Virus record (IMG/VR): IMGVR_UViG_3300024999_000128
Coordinates: 1-56,130 of that record
Reading direction: 5' to 3' (one strand)
Length of the DNA: 56,130 nucleotides
Origin: a virus
Taxonomy: Duplodnaviria > Caudoviricetes
Shown: positions 18,327-26,635 of the stretch, one piece after another
Layout of the letters: every line of letters begins with the position of its first letter
Position numbering within the stretch: the stretch's first letter is position 1
The notes under the pieces: model-generated
Seen by the model: only the letters and a program-made list of their open reading frames with translations
Databases searched by the model: none
What the model was told of the DNA's origin: nothing
Translations under genes and position numbers: made by a program

Positions 18327-18716
18327 ATGGACGGACAACGACTGCAAGAAGTGCGACATATGGCAGGCTGGTCAGTCTTTTACGCAGCCAAACAATTCAA
18401 CATCTCAGAGAGCTATTACAGACGGCTCGAAAAATCAACCAGCGTCCCGGCGCGTATAGCCGACTTTATGGAAATTAAAGCAAAGGAAGACCCAAAGTAT
18501 ATAAAGACAGAAAGGCGAGCCACCCCGGCCCACTTAACAGCCTTCCGCCAAGCCTTCCACCTGACCCAGGAAAAAGCCTCCGACCTTCTTGGGGTCTCAA
18601 GGATCACCTGGAACCGCTGGGAGAACGGCCAGACCACGATCCCGAAACACATGCTCCACACATTGCGGGGCATGGTCGCACAACTCAAATCTGAACAACA
18701 GGAGCCCAAACCATGA
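18327..18716 (+). CDS. Tandem XRE-family HTH regulator
   Basis: Two HTH repeats: LQEVRHMAGWS..AAKQFNISESYYRRLE and LTQEKASDLLGVSRITWNRWENG. Confidence 0.85.
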   Translation: MDGQRLQEVRHMAGWSVFYAAKQFNISESYYRRLEKSTSVPARIADFMEIKAKEDPKYIKTERRATPAHLTAFRQAFHLTQEKASDLLGVSRITWNRWENGQTTIPKHMLHTLRGMVAQLKSEQQEPKP

Positions 18717-19147
18717 ACACCATCGACACCAGAGACCTTTACAAGAGACAGCAGGAACTGCAAAGCGAATTGGAAACTCTCCAGGATGCTGTTAGCGACG
18801 CGCAAGAAGAATATGAAGCTGAGTACGGCCCCGACGCCCAAGGGTTCAGCCACGAGCACCAGGAGGCAGAAAAAGCCCTCTCAGACTGGCAGTCAGAATA
18901 CCAAGAAGAACTCGACGAACTCAACGCCCTTGAATCTGAAGTCGGTGACGAGTGGATGCACGGCGCGGCCCTGGTCGACGAGGACGATTTCATTGAGTAC
19001 GTGCAAGACCTGGCGGAAGATATGGGAGCGACCGCTGGCGTCGACCATTCCTGGCTGGTCATCGACTGGGAAGCCACAGCCGACAATGTGAAGATGGACT
19101 ATTCAAGCTGCGAGTACCAAGGCACCACTTACTTATTCAGAAGCTAA
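18713..19147 (+). CDS. Very acidic ArdA-like antirestriction (DNA mimic) candidate
   Basis: Asp/Glu-rich; C-terminal F.EYV.DLAED...IDWEATA..VKMDY resembles the ArdA C-terminal domain. Confidence 0.55.
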   Translation: MNTIDTRDLYKRQQELQSELETLQDAVSDAQEEYEAEYGPDAQGFSHEHQEAEKALSDWQSEYQEELDELNALESEVGDEWMHGAALVDEDDFIEYVQDLAEDMGATAGVDHSWLVIDWEATADNVKMDYSSCEYQGTTYLFRS

Positions 19148-19167
19148 CAACTACCAAGGAGACCACC

Positions 19168-19761
19168 ATGAACTTACCTGCATCCAAATTAATCAAGAAC
19201 CAGAAGATCACCAAGACAAGAACCCTCGGCAACGAGCGCTTAACCGTCACCATCCGTCACGACGACGAGTGCGGCAATGGGCACAACACGTTCGCCATCA
19301 CTGGCGACCTCGCCCACCTGCGCCGGGGCGTGTGGCTAGAGGACTCTTTCGGTATGCTCCATGACGAGGTGACCCGGTTCTTCCCCGACCTCGCACCGCT
19401 CTTGAAATGGCACTTGTGTAGCACTGACGGCCCGATGCACTACGTAGCCAACTCGATTTATCACGCCAGGGCAATACCCAAGGAGCAAGGGCAGTGGTAT
19501 TTCTATCTTGAAGACAATCTGATCAAGATCGTAAACCGGGAAGAACGGGAAAAGTTCATCGCCCGTTATGGCACCTGGGCGGAGTTCAAGCCCTACTATA
19601 ACACCATGGCCAAAGACCCCGACCTCGCCGCCGCCCGGTCCTGCGCCATCTGGCCTGAAGCAGAGCTTGCAGACTTCACCGAGGAAAACCTCCTCGTGCG
19701 GTTGCCTGCACTGATGGAGGAGTTCAAAACTGCTGTTGAGTCGCTGGGCCTGGTGTACTGA
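19168..19761 (+). CDS. Phage hypothetical protein
   Basis: DDECGNGHNTFAITG, GMLH, KWHLCSTDGPMHY; strong SD. Confidence 0.75.
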   Translation: MNLPASKLIKNQKITKTRTLGNERLTVTIRHDDECGNGHNTFAITGDLAHLRRGVWLEDSFGMLHDEVTRFFPDLAPLLKWHLCSTDGPMHYVANSIYHARAIPKEQGQWYFYLEDNLIKIVNREEREKFIARYGTWAEFKPYYNTMAKDPDLAAARSCAIWPEAELADFTEENLLVRLPALMEEFKTAVESLGLVY

Positions 19762-19845
19762 GCCGCCCGGCTCCTGGGGAGGGACCAGCGCCCTCCTCGG
19801 TGGCGAGGCAGCACAGACAAAACACTTAAATAGGAGGAAAAAATC

Positions 19846-20028
19846 ATGACACACGATCTGAAGAACGAAATAGAGATGAAAGCGGACGCCCTTGCAGAGT
19901 CGTATGGTTGGTGGGGAGAACATCCAAAATACACAGCCGACGATTGGCAGGATGAGGTGTATCACGGCAACACCCGGTCTGGGTACTGGGTGTGGGTAGC
20001 TAATTTTATTGACAGCGATGGAGAGTAA
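19846..20028 (+). CDS. Hypothetical protein
   Basis: AGGAGG SD; DWQDEV..GNTRSGYW.WV. Confidence 0.65.
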   Translation: MTHDLKNEIEMKADALAESYGWWGEHPKYTADDWQDEVYHGNTRSGYWVWVANFIDSDGE

Positions 20029-20031
20029 CCC

Positions 20032-20364
20032 ATGCCCAAACCCTCAACAGTAGCAGACATATTCGAGCAGTTAAGGACTCACGGCACCGTGCCGTGGCAA
20101 GATGAGGATAAACCAGCAGAGGAGGTTGAAATGCAGAAATACACAGTCCTGATGATCACACCTGATTACCTGTCCAACGCTTACGGACATGACTCCTACT
20201 GCGCCTGGGTGGAAGCTGAGAACGTCGAGCAGGCGCAGATGGAGGGCCAGATAGAGGCAGCCAGAGAACTCACCGACCCCGACGACACGGACCCGAGCCG
20301 CCCCGAGGACTTTTTCATTGTCTTCGTCTGCGAAGGTCACATTGAAGACATTAAAACTTGGTAA
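20032..20364 (+). CDS. Acidic hypothetical protein
   Basis: SD present; possible internal start at MQKY. Confidence 0.6.
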   Translation: MPKPSTVADIFEQLRTHGTVPWQDEDKPAEEVEMQKYTVLMITPDYLSNAYGHDSYCAWVEAENVEQAQMEGQIEAARELTDPDDTDPSRPEDFFIVFVCEGHIEDIKTW

Positions 20365-20374
20365 GGAGGAAACC

Positions 20375-20575
20375 ATGACACAAGCCAACAAAACAAGAGC
20401 CGAACGCGCCCGCGCAGCATTGGCAGACTACCTGGAGGACGATCTACAGACAGCCCTGATTGATCTTCTGACCGATGCCCTGCACCTGGCACGCCTCGAC
20501 AAGGAGGTTGTGGACCTGGAGAAAGCCATATTTATGTCAAAAATGCACTACCGAGACGAGGAGATGTACCCATGA
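20375..20575 (+). CDS. Hypothetical protein
   Basis: AAGGAGG SD; LIDLLTDALHLA. Confidence 0.65.
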   Translation: MTQANKTRAERARAALADYLEDDLQTALIDLLTDALHLARLDKEVVDLEKAIFMSKMHYRDEEMYP

Positions 20576-20898
20576 AAACCTTCAACGTGATGACCAACAT
20601 CGGCACGGCAAAGTACGTTGTCAATCTCCACGATGGCGAGAAAACGCACAACGATGGAAGTCAGTTTTTTGACATTGAGATTTTCAAAAACAAGAAAGCC
20701 CTTGCCGCTTTTCGTTTCTGGCCTGCTCAAGGCTGGGTACAAGGAGATCAAATGAAATCCCTACTCCTCTACGCCTTCGCCCTTTCCCTGATAGCTCTCC
20801 TGTCCTTCGCTTTCATCCGCACCCTGCCGGAGGCCGTAGACAAACTTACCCAGCACCAGACCGAGATAAAGGTGACCTATGACAACGCCCAGTATTAA
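20572..20898 (+). CDS. Apparent in-frame fusion of two small genes, the second a membrane peptide starting at ATG 20752
   Basis: Internal AAGGAG SD and ATGA at 20752-20755; the +1 frame after GCT TTT CGT reads FVSGLLKAGYKEIK-stop. Confidence 0.55.
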   Translation: MKTFNVMTNIGTAKYVVNLHDGEKTHNDGSQFFDIEIFKNKKALAAFRFWPAQGWVQGDQMKSLLLYAFALSLIALLSFAFIRTLPEAVDKLTQHQTEIKVTYDNAQY

Positions 20899-21232
20899 GC
20901 CAACAAGGGTGATCCGACCACCACGCCGCATCACCCTGCCCTCCGGCCAGAAGACCTATGAGCTTGACTGCGATGACGGCAAGAGCTACACCTCGGGCGA
21001 TCTGGCGGTCCTCATCGGTCTTGCCAACGGTGCCAGCCTGGTGCAGCGCATGGCCCGGATGGGTTGGGACAGCCCGACCCTCCTCGCCCCTCCTGCCAAA
21101 AGGGGGTTCTGCATCTCCGGCGAGTCGGCCAAAAACGCCGGCAGTGCTGAGTGGGCCGCGCTGTCAGGCAAGGACAGGAGCGCAAACTTATGGAAAATTC
21201 CTGCTGCCGGGACGTTTGAGTTGAAATATTAA
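20879..21232 (+). CDS. Putative DNA-binding protein
   Basis: DGKSYT..DLA..IG.....LVQRM.RMGW resembles the helical DNA-binding repeats of HNH endonuclease C-termini. Confidence 0.5.
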   Translation: MTTPSIKPTRVIRPPRRITLPSGQKTYELDCDDGKSYTSGDLAVLIGLANGASLVQRMARMGWDSPTLLAPPAKRGFCISGESAKNAGSAEWAALSGKDRSANLWKIPAAGTFELKY

Positions 21233-21260
21233 TTGCATTTATTTGTAAACTGCGTAACAT
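21233..21260 (+). promoter_or_regulatory. Sigma70-like promoter
   Basis: TTGCAT-16 nt-TAACAT with GTAAAC in the spacer. Confidence 0.5.
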
Positions 21261-21286
21261 AAAAGAAACTCAAAAAGGAGAACAGA

Positions 21287-21718
21287 ATGGGCTGCGACAT
21301 ACATCTGCACGTTGAGGTTAAGATCGACGGACAATGGCACCACCTTGCTAATCCTGCCATCATCAGGAACTATGCCTTATTTGCGAAGATGGCTGATGTT
21401 CGTAACTACGACAGCAGCATAGCTCCGATCTCGGAACCGAAAGGCTTGCCTGACGACATGACGTTCTTGACCGCGCTCGATGCGAAGCACTGGGGGGTTG
21501 ATGCTCATTCTGAATCATGGCTGGGGCCTGATGAGATTGCTGCCTTGTCTGTGTGGCTGGACTCCTTTTTTGACGAGCAGTCGCTAGAGTATGATTTAGA
21601 ACACGGCATCCTGCACTGCTACTTGTTTGGCAACTCCTTTGCTGGGTGGAAGAAATACCCAGAAGACAATGATTTCAACATTGAAGATGTTCGTTTCGTG
21701 TTCTGGTTTGATAACTGA
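21287..21718 (+). CDS. Conserved-type phage hypothetical protein (MGCDIH...VFWFDN)
   Basis: MGCDIH, RNYALFA..ADVRN, PKGLP.D, HSESW, RFVFWFDN motifs. Confidence 0.8.
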   Translation: MGCDIHLHVEVKIDGQWHHLANPAIIRNYALFAKMADVRNYDSSIAPISEPKGLPDDMTFLTALDAKHWGVDAHSESWLGPDEIAALSVWLDSFFDEQSLEYDLEHGILHCYLFGNSFAGWKKYPEDNDFNIEDVRFVFWFDN

Positions 21719-21790
21719 AGAAGTCCTGTTATGCACTTGTAAGAAGCCCGCCCCATCCTTTGCAGGTATGGGGCTGTGGCAGTGAAACCA

Positions 21791-21811
21791 GGCGGATGTT
21801 CCGCCCTTTTT
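21791..21811 (+). terminator. Rho-independent terminator
   Basis: GGCGGA-TGT-TCCGCC followed by CTTTTT. Confidence 0.6.
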
Positions 21812-22007
21812 GAAAGAAACCGATGAGTATGCGGAAACGTCAATAACAGCAAAAAGGAGGTAGAGCCATGTAACCATCAGCCTCGTATCAACCGCGCCTG
21901 ACGAGCGCAAGCCGACAAAAATCAACCGGAGACACTGACATGAGAGGACATCCGATCAGCAAGGGCAGTTCAATTTGAGGGAATAATTTTAATTATGGGT
22001 GACATAC

Positions 22008-22036
22008 AGCCCGACCCCCGCAAAGGGTCGGGCTTT
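22008..22036. other. 10-bp perfect hairpin
   Basis: AGCCCGACCC-CCGCAAA-GGGTCGGGCT. Confidence 0.6.
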
Positions 22037-22077
22037 GGAGGTAGGAGCAGTTAAATAATTTCTAAAAGGAGACCACC

Positions 22078-22206
22078 ATGCCAAAAACTTATGACGACGA
22101 CACCCCGCTCGACGGCCTGTCAACAAAGGAAAAACTCGCCTGGTTCTGCTTCGCCATCGCCTGGGCCATTTTTATCTGTGGTTTTTTTGCTTGGTTGGGG
22201 AGGTAG
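22078..22206 (+). CDS. 42-aa membrane peptide
   Basis: AAGGAG SD; LAWFCFAIAWAIFICGFFAWL hydrophobic segment. Confidence 0.55.
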   Translation: MPKTYDDDTPLDGLSTKEKLAWFCFAIAWAIFICGFFAWLGR

Positions 22207-22209
22207 AGA

Positions 22210-22407
22210 ATGTCCAAAAAAGATTATGCACCAATATGGGCGGACAGGCATGAGGGTTGGGTAGATAAGTCTGTGCGGTCAAAAGACTGTGAATGCGCGG
22301 AGTGTGGACCTTCTGCCGCAGTGTATGCGAAGGTCACCGAAGACTCGTTGTATGATTGGAGATGTGCATCCTGTGGGTACACTCCTGAGTGGGTAGAAGG
22401 AGCCTGA
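22210..22407 (+). CDS. Zinc-ribbon miniprotein
   Basis: CAEC...CASC; GGAGG SD. Confidence 0.6.
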   Translation: MSKKDYAPIWADRHEGWVDKSVRSKDCECAECGPSAAVYAKVTEDSLYDWRCASCGYTPEWVEGA

Positions 22408-22410
22408 GCC

Positions 22411-22602
22411 ATGACCCCCGAACAAATCAAATTCATCCGCACCACCCTCGGCCGAACCCAGCAGGACATGGCCAAGATCCTCGGGGTCTCCGTCAGCGTC
22501 TGGCAACTGTGGGAGTCGGGCGCGGGCGGGCCGAAACCGGAGAACATGACCAAACTTCTGAAGCTCCACCATCATGTGGTAGGGCGGGAGGGGAGAGAAT
22601 GA
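22411..22602 (+). CDS. XRE-family HTH protein (Cro-like)
   Basis: IKFIRTTLGRTQQDMAKILGVSVSVWQLWESG..P. Confidence 0.88.
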   Translation: MTPEQIKFIRTTLGRTQQDMAKILGVSVSVWQLWESGAGGPKPENMTKLLKLHHHVVGREGRE

Positions 22603-25463
22603 TCTTCCCACCATCCCTCGGTTTCGATTTCGAAACCCACGGTGACTTGCCAGAGTACGGTCTACAGCCCTTCCGAGCGACTCAAGGCCAGGCAAGTATC
22701 AAAGCGGCCAGTGTCGCCACAACAGACAAGTCTGCAGGCAAGCTCTACCCGACCACCCAGGAGGTCAAAAACATGCTCCTGCTGGCCGTTCGCCAAGACA
22801 GGTATATGGTAGGGTGGAACGTCGCGTTCGACGCAGCGTGGTGCATCGCTGTCGGTCTGGAGCAGGAGGTTTTCCAGGTCAAGTGGCTGGACGCCATGCT
22901 CCTCTGGCGCCATGCCGTCGTCGAGCCGGAGGGGGAGGATATTCCCAGGCCGCACCGGAAAAGTTACTCCTTAGAGTCAGCCATGCACGAGTTCCACCCT
23001 GAAGATGCTGGATTCAAGGAGTTCGATGACTTCCAGGCGACCGATGAGGCCAGTCTTGACCTGCTGTTGCATCGCAACCGGATGGACGCCCAGTGGACCC
23101 TGCGGCTGGCCGAGAGGTTCTGGGATATGCTCAACGACAAGCAGCAGCGAGCAGCATTGATCGAGGCTAGGTGCATCCCGATGATCGCCAAGACCAAAGT
23201 CATAGGCATCGTCTCATCGATGTCTGCTGCGCAGAATCTGGCCGATGTACTGGCAGCCGAGGCAGTGGCTACCTATCGCCAACTGCTGACCGAGGCTCCG
23301 GAGGTCAAAGGGATAAACCTTGGCAGTCCGAAGCAACTGCAGGCCCTGCTCTACGAGACCTGGGGACTGATGCCTGCCAGGTTCAGCAGGAAGACGAAAC
23401 TGCCCAGCACCGACAAGTATGCCCTCTTCGATCTTGCTGCCATCGATCCCCGGGCAAGCCTGCTGAAAAAACTCAGGGAGGCGAAAAACAATCGCACCAA
23501 GTACGCTATAGGCACACTCAAATCCTTGGAGTATAATGGCGACGGCAGGGTCAGACCCCAGGCGAAAATCTTCAGTACGTATTGTGTCCCTGGAGATGTT
23601 GAAGTACTTACCCGTCAAGGATGGGAGCGCTTGGACTCCTGGCAGGGAGGAGACATCGTCCAGATAAGTGCTGAATCGGACAGAGCAGCATTTTTTCCTG
23701 CAAAGAGATTTGTTGGCCCTGTTACTACTGCCTGGATCAAGGTTAAACACTCAAGAGTCGATTGCTTGTTTACACCTGGGCACACGATCCCATATCTATC
23801 CCAGAAGTCGCATGAGAGGATGGAGTGTTTTGCGAATGATCTTCTAACTCGAAGAATAGATATGCCTTTATCAGGCAGAATCATTGGCACAGTAGGGAAA
23901 ATACCACCTTCTCACATGCGTGTTTTCGCCATGTTTCAAGCTGACGGGTATATCTGCAAGGATACCATTGCTCCGAGCTACAAATTCACATTTGTAAAAC
24001 GTAGAAAAGTAATTCGAGCAAGGAAAATACTTAAAGATGCAGAAGTAAAATTTAGAGAGTATGTATGCGCAGCGTATCCAGATAGAACAGAGATTTGTAT
24101 CGGAGTTAAAAACGTACCCAGTTGGTGGAAACCAGAGTATAAATTTCTAGGACCTTGGGTGCTGGATACAATATACGACGGGTTAAGAGAATTTGTAAAA
24201 GAGTTAGAATTTTGGGACGGCAGTACTCATGTCGATGGAGGGTTCAGATATACGTCCCATACCGAGTCTAATGTTGAGTGGGCGGCGACTGCTGCACATT
24301 TAGTAGGAAGAAAAGCAACAATATTTTCTGATTTAAGATCCTGCCATATTAGTGATGAAAGACCTATAGCTCAGATAGTTCCTACAAGCCATGTGTCGTC
24401 TGTGACTTCGAGCCTTAGAGCTTATTGTGCCACCACTCAGACAGGTTTTTGGTTAGCGAGAAGTAAAGGAAAGATCTTCGTTACAGGCAACACCTCTCGA
24501 ATTACCTATGGCAGCTCGGACAAGGCCACTGAGGAGGTCGAGAAGACCACCAAGAAGAATGGTACGACGATCGTCAGCAGGAACTGCGAGGTGCCGGTGG
24601 GCATCGCCCTGCACCAGTGGAAACGCGGCAAGGACTACCGCCGACTGATCCGGGCTCCGGAGGGCTACCTGCTCTGCGAGTTCGACTTCGCCGGGCAGGA
24701 GTTTAGGTGGATGGCTGTCGCGTCTGGAGATGAGACCATGCTCTCTCTCTGCGCTCCTGGTGAGGACGCACATGGCTACATGGGTGCGCGAGTGGCGTCG
24801 TGCGACTATCGAGACCTGGTGGCACTGGTCAAGTCTGGCGATGCCGACGCAGCGTTCAAGCGCAAGGCCGGAAAATTCTGCAATCTCAGCTATCAGTATC
24901 GCGTAAGTGCCCGAACTGCCACAACAAAAGCCAGAGTAGAGTACGAGCTCGACGTTGACGAGACGTTCATCAAGCAGACTCAAGGCATTTATCGGCAGGC
25001 CTATGTCGGCGTCGGGGGTCCGCCAGGGCAGCGCAACGGTGGATATTGGGGGTCGCAGATTCAGAAATGCAAGCGACTCGGCTACGCAGAGACGTTCGCA
25101 GGTCGGCGGGTACAGCTGAAAGGTAACTGGGCAGGCAAGGAGGCATGGCCGCTGGAGAGCACGGCGATCAACTACCCGATCCAAGGCACCGGCGGCGACC
25201 AGAAATACCTCGCACTGGCAGTCGCTCGTAATCTGCTGCCGGAGTTTTCTGGGTATCTGTACTTTGAGCTTCACGACGGCCTCTTTTTCATCTTCCCGAA
25301 AGACAAGGCGGTTGCAGCGTCCGAGGTGTTCCTCGACAAGCTCTCCAACTTGCCATACAAGCAAGCCTGGGGCGTAGACCTGCCAATCAAGTTCCCTGTC
25401 GATGCTAAGATCGGAGGGTCGTGGGGTGACTTGATGGACCTTGAGAAATTTAAAAATATGTAA
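22599..25463 (+). CDS. polA: DNA polymerase family A with 3'-5' exonuclease, intein-interrupted
   Basis: Exo motifs DFET and NVAFD; NLGSPKQL; motif A DFAGQEFR, motif B RKAGKFCNLSYQY, NYPIQGT, motif C LHDG; true start ATG 22599 (ATGA overlap). Confidence 0.92.
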   Translation: MIFPPSLGFDFETHGDLPEYGLQPFRATQGQASIKAASVATTDKSAGKLYPTTQEVKNMLLLAVRQDRYMVGWNVAFDAAWCIAVGLEQEVFQVKWLDAMLLWRHAVVEPEGEDIPRPHRKSYSLESAMHEFHPEDAGFKEFDDFQATDEASLDLLLHRNRMDAQWTLRLAERFWDMLNDKQQRAALIEARCIPMIAKTKVIGIVSSMSAAQNLADVLAAEAVATYRQLLTEAPEVKGINLGSPKQLQALLYETWGLMPARFSRKTKLPSTDKYALFDLAAIDPRASLLKKLREAKNNRTKYAIGTLKSLEYNGDGRVRPQAKIFSTYCVPGDVEVLTRQGWERLDSWQGGDIVQISAESDRAAFFPAKRFVGPVTTAWIKVKHSRVDCLFTPGHTIPYLSQKSHERMECFANDLLTRRIDMPLSGRIIGTVGKIPPSHMRVFAMFQADGYICKDTIAPSYKFTFVKRRKVIRARKILKDAEVKFREYVCAAYPDRTEICIGVKNVPSWWKPEYKFLGPWVLDTIYDGLREFVKELEFWDGSTHVDGGFRYTSHTESNVEWAATAAHLVGRKATIFSDLRSCHISDERPIAQIVPTSHVSSVTSSLRAYCATTQTGFWLARSKGKIFVTGNTSRITYGSSDKATEEVEKTTKKNGTTIVSRNCEVPVGIALHQWKRGKDYRRLIRAPEGYLLCEFDFAGQEFRWMAVASGDETMLSLCAPGEDAHGYMGARVASCDYRDLVALVKSGDADAAFKRKAGKFCNLSYQYRVSARTATTKARVEYELDVDETFIKQTQGIYRQAYVGVGGPPGQRNGGYWGSQIQKCKRLGYAETFAGRRVQLKGNWAGKEAWPLESTAINYPIQGTGGDQKYLALAVARNLLPEFSGYLYFELHDGLFFIFPKDKAVAASEVFLDKLSNLPYKQAWGVDLPIKFPVDAKIGGSWGDLMDLEKFKNM
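23583..24491 (+). mobile_element. Intein (303 aa) with LAGLIDADG-like homing endonuclease in PolA
   Basis: Starts CVPGDVEVLTRQGW, block B TPGH, endonuclease-like FQADG and FWDG, ends IFVTGN before Thr+1; AT-richer than exteins; removal restores STY-TSRITY. Confidence 0.9.
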
Positions 25464-25473
25464 TGGGGGAGCC

Positions 25474-25797
25474 ATGAACATTTTACAGCACGACGTACTA
25501 AGCAAGAAGACAAGAATATCCAAGGCCCTTGCAGAAAAATACACTATTGAGGGGATCGTTCCGCATGTTTCTGGGTGTAATGTAACCGGGTCTTTGATGA
25601 AAGTTGTAGGCCCAGATGTGCTGGTTATCGCCCCTAAAGTTTTGCACAGCCATTTTCAAGAAGAGAACACAACTGCCAGGCTGGTAACTCCGCAGATGTA
25701 TGTGAAGCATCCTGAACCTGCCAAGGTGATCCTCTGGCTATATGGCAGCCAAGCAGATGGAGATGTTGCGAGCGTAGTGCTCAAATTAAAAAGGTAA
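25474..25797 (+). CDS. Hypothetical protein
   Basis: GGGGGAG SD; follows PolA. Confidence 0.6.
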   Translation: MNILQHDVLSKKTRISKALAEKYTIEGIVPHVSGCNVTGSLMKVVGPDVLVIAPKVLHSHFQEENTTARLVTPQMYVKHPEPAKVILWLYGSQADGDVASVVLKLKR

Positions 25798-25814
25798 ACC
25801 CCGCAACTTTTTAC

Positions 25815-25843
25815 TTGCAATAGTTTGTAAACCATGTCACAGT
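25815..25843 (+). promoter_or_regulatory. Sigma70-like promoter
   Basis: TTGCAA-17 nt-CACAGT with extended TG; GTAAAC sites at 25794 and 25827. Confidence 0.5.
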
Positions 25844-25859
25844 GAAGTGTGCGCTGGAC

Positions 25860-25928
25860 GATGCCCTCGCAGGATCGCACTCTGGCTGGGTAACTGCCTG
25901 CGAGGGCATCATTTTCTTACCAAGGAGA
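25860..25928 (+). promoter_or_regulatory. Leader hairpin with 14-bp perfect stem, 33-nt loop region and T-rich tail
   Basis: GATGCCCTCGCAGG (25860-25873) pairs with CCTGCGAGGGCATC (25907-25920), followed by ATTTTCTT. Confidence 0.6.
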
Positions 25929-25933
25929 CCTAC

Positions 25934-26635
25934 ATGCCTGAAGTTTTGAACGCCCGCGGGAAGAAGTTCTCATGGAGCTACACCGCCCTGACCGACTACG
26001 AAGGCTGCCCTAAACGATATGCAGCCAACCGCTTTTATTGCGTAATCCCTTGGGTAGACACCGAGGCGATCATCTATGGCAACAGGGTGCATAAGGCTGC
26101 CGAGCTTTTCCTGAAAGGCATCCCGCACCCGGACATCGAGGCGCTCAAACCGGTCGAGAAATACGCCGAGGCCATGCTCCGCTCCGGCCATAAAGTCGAG
26201 GCCGAGCTTGAGATCGCCCTGACCCGGCAGTTGAAGCCGGTAAGCTGGTTCGCCAAGGACGCCTGGTTCAGGATCAAGCTGGACATCGTCATAACCAAGC
26301 AGAAAGTTAATGTGTGGTACGGGGACTGGAAGTCTGGGGGTAAGATCAAAGAAGACCAGGACCAGTTACTGCTGGGCCTTGCAGCACTGGCAATATTACG
26401 CCCTTACCTGCAGACCTTTGATGGAAAACTCATCTGGACCAAGCACCAGCAGACTACCGGCATCAAGCCGATCACCAAGGCAGAGATCCCCAAGGTCTGG
26501 CAGGAGTTTCTGCCTCGGGTGCAGAGGATGGAGGACGCCTGGAGGACAGAGACGTTCCCGGCTCGGCCGTCTGGGTTGTGCCCATGGTGCCAGGTAACCG
26601 ATTGCGCCTCACGGCGCGGGGAGAGGAGAGTATGA
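25934..26635 (+). CDS. PD-(D/E)XK (RecB/Cas4-like) exonuclease
   Basis: WSYT.L..YE.CP, GNRVH, E...KLD...DWKSG, QL, and C-terminal CPWC...C. Confidence 0.85.
   Translation: MPEVLNARGKKFSWSYTALTDYEGCPKRYAANRFYCVIPWVDTEAIIYGNRVHKAAELFLKGIPHPDIEALKPVEKYAEAMLRSGHKVEAELEIALTRQLKPVSWFAKDAWFRIKLDIVITKQKVNVWYGDWKSGGKIKEDQDQLLLGLAALAILRPYLQTFDGKLIWTKHQQTTGIKPITKAEIPKVWQEFLPRVQRMEDAWRTETFPARPSGLCPWCQVTDCASRRGERRV

Noticed and set aside
21820-21920. Hammerhead-like fragments CCGATGAG...GAAAC and CTGACGAG-CGCAAGC
   Set aside because: Could not build stems I and III or a correct GAAA/UH core by eye; an Infernal search would settle it.
22389-22598. N-terminal extension of PolA in the ORF track
   Set aside because: Overlaps the HTH gene 22411-22602; the ATGA overlap and SD support a start at 22599.
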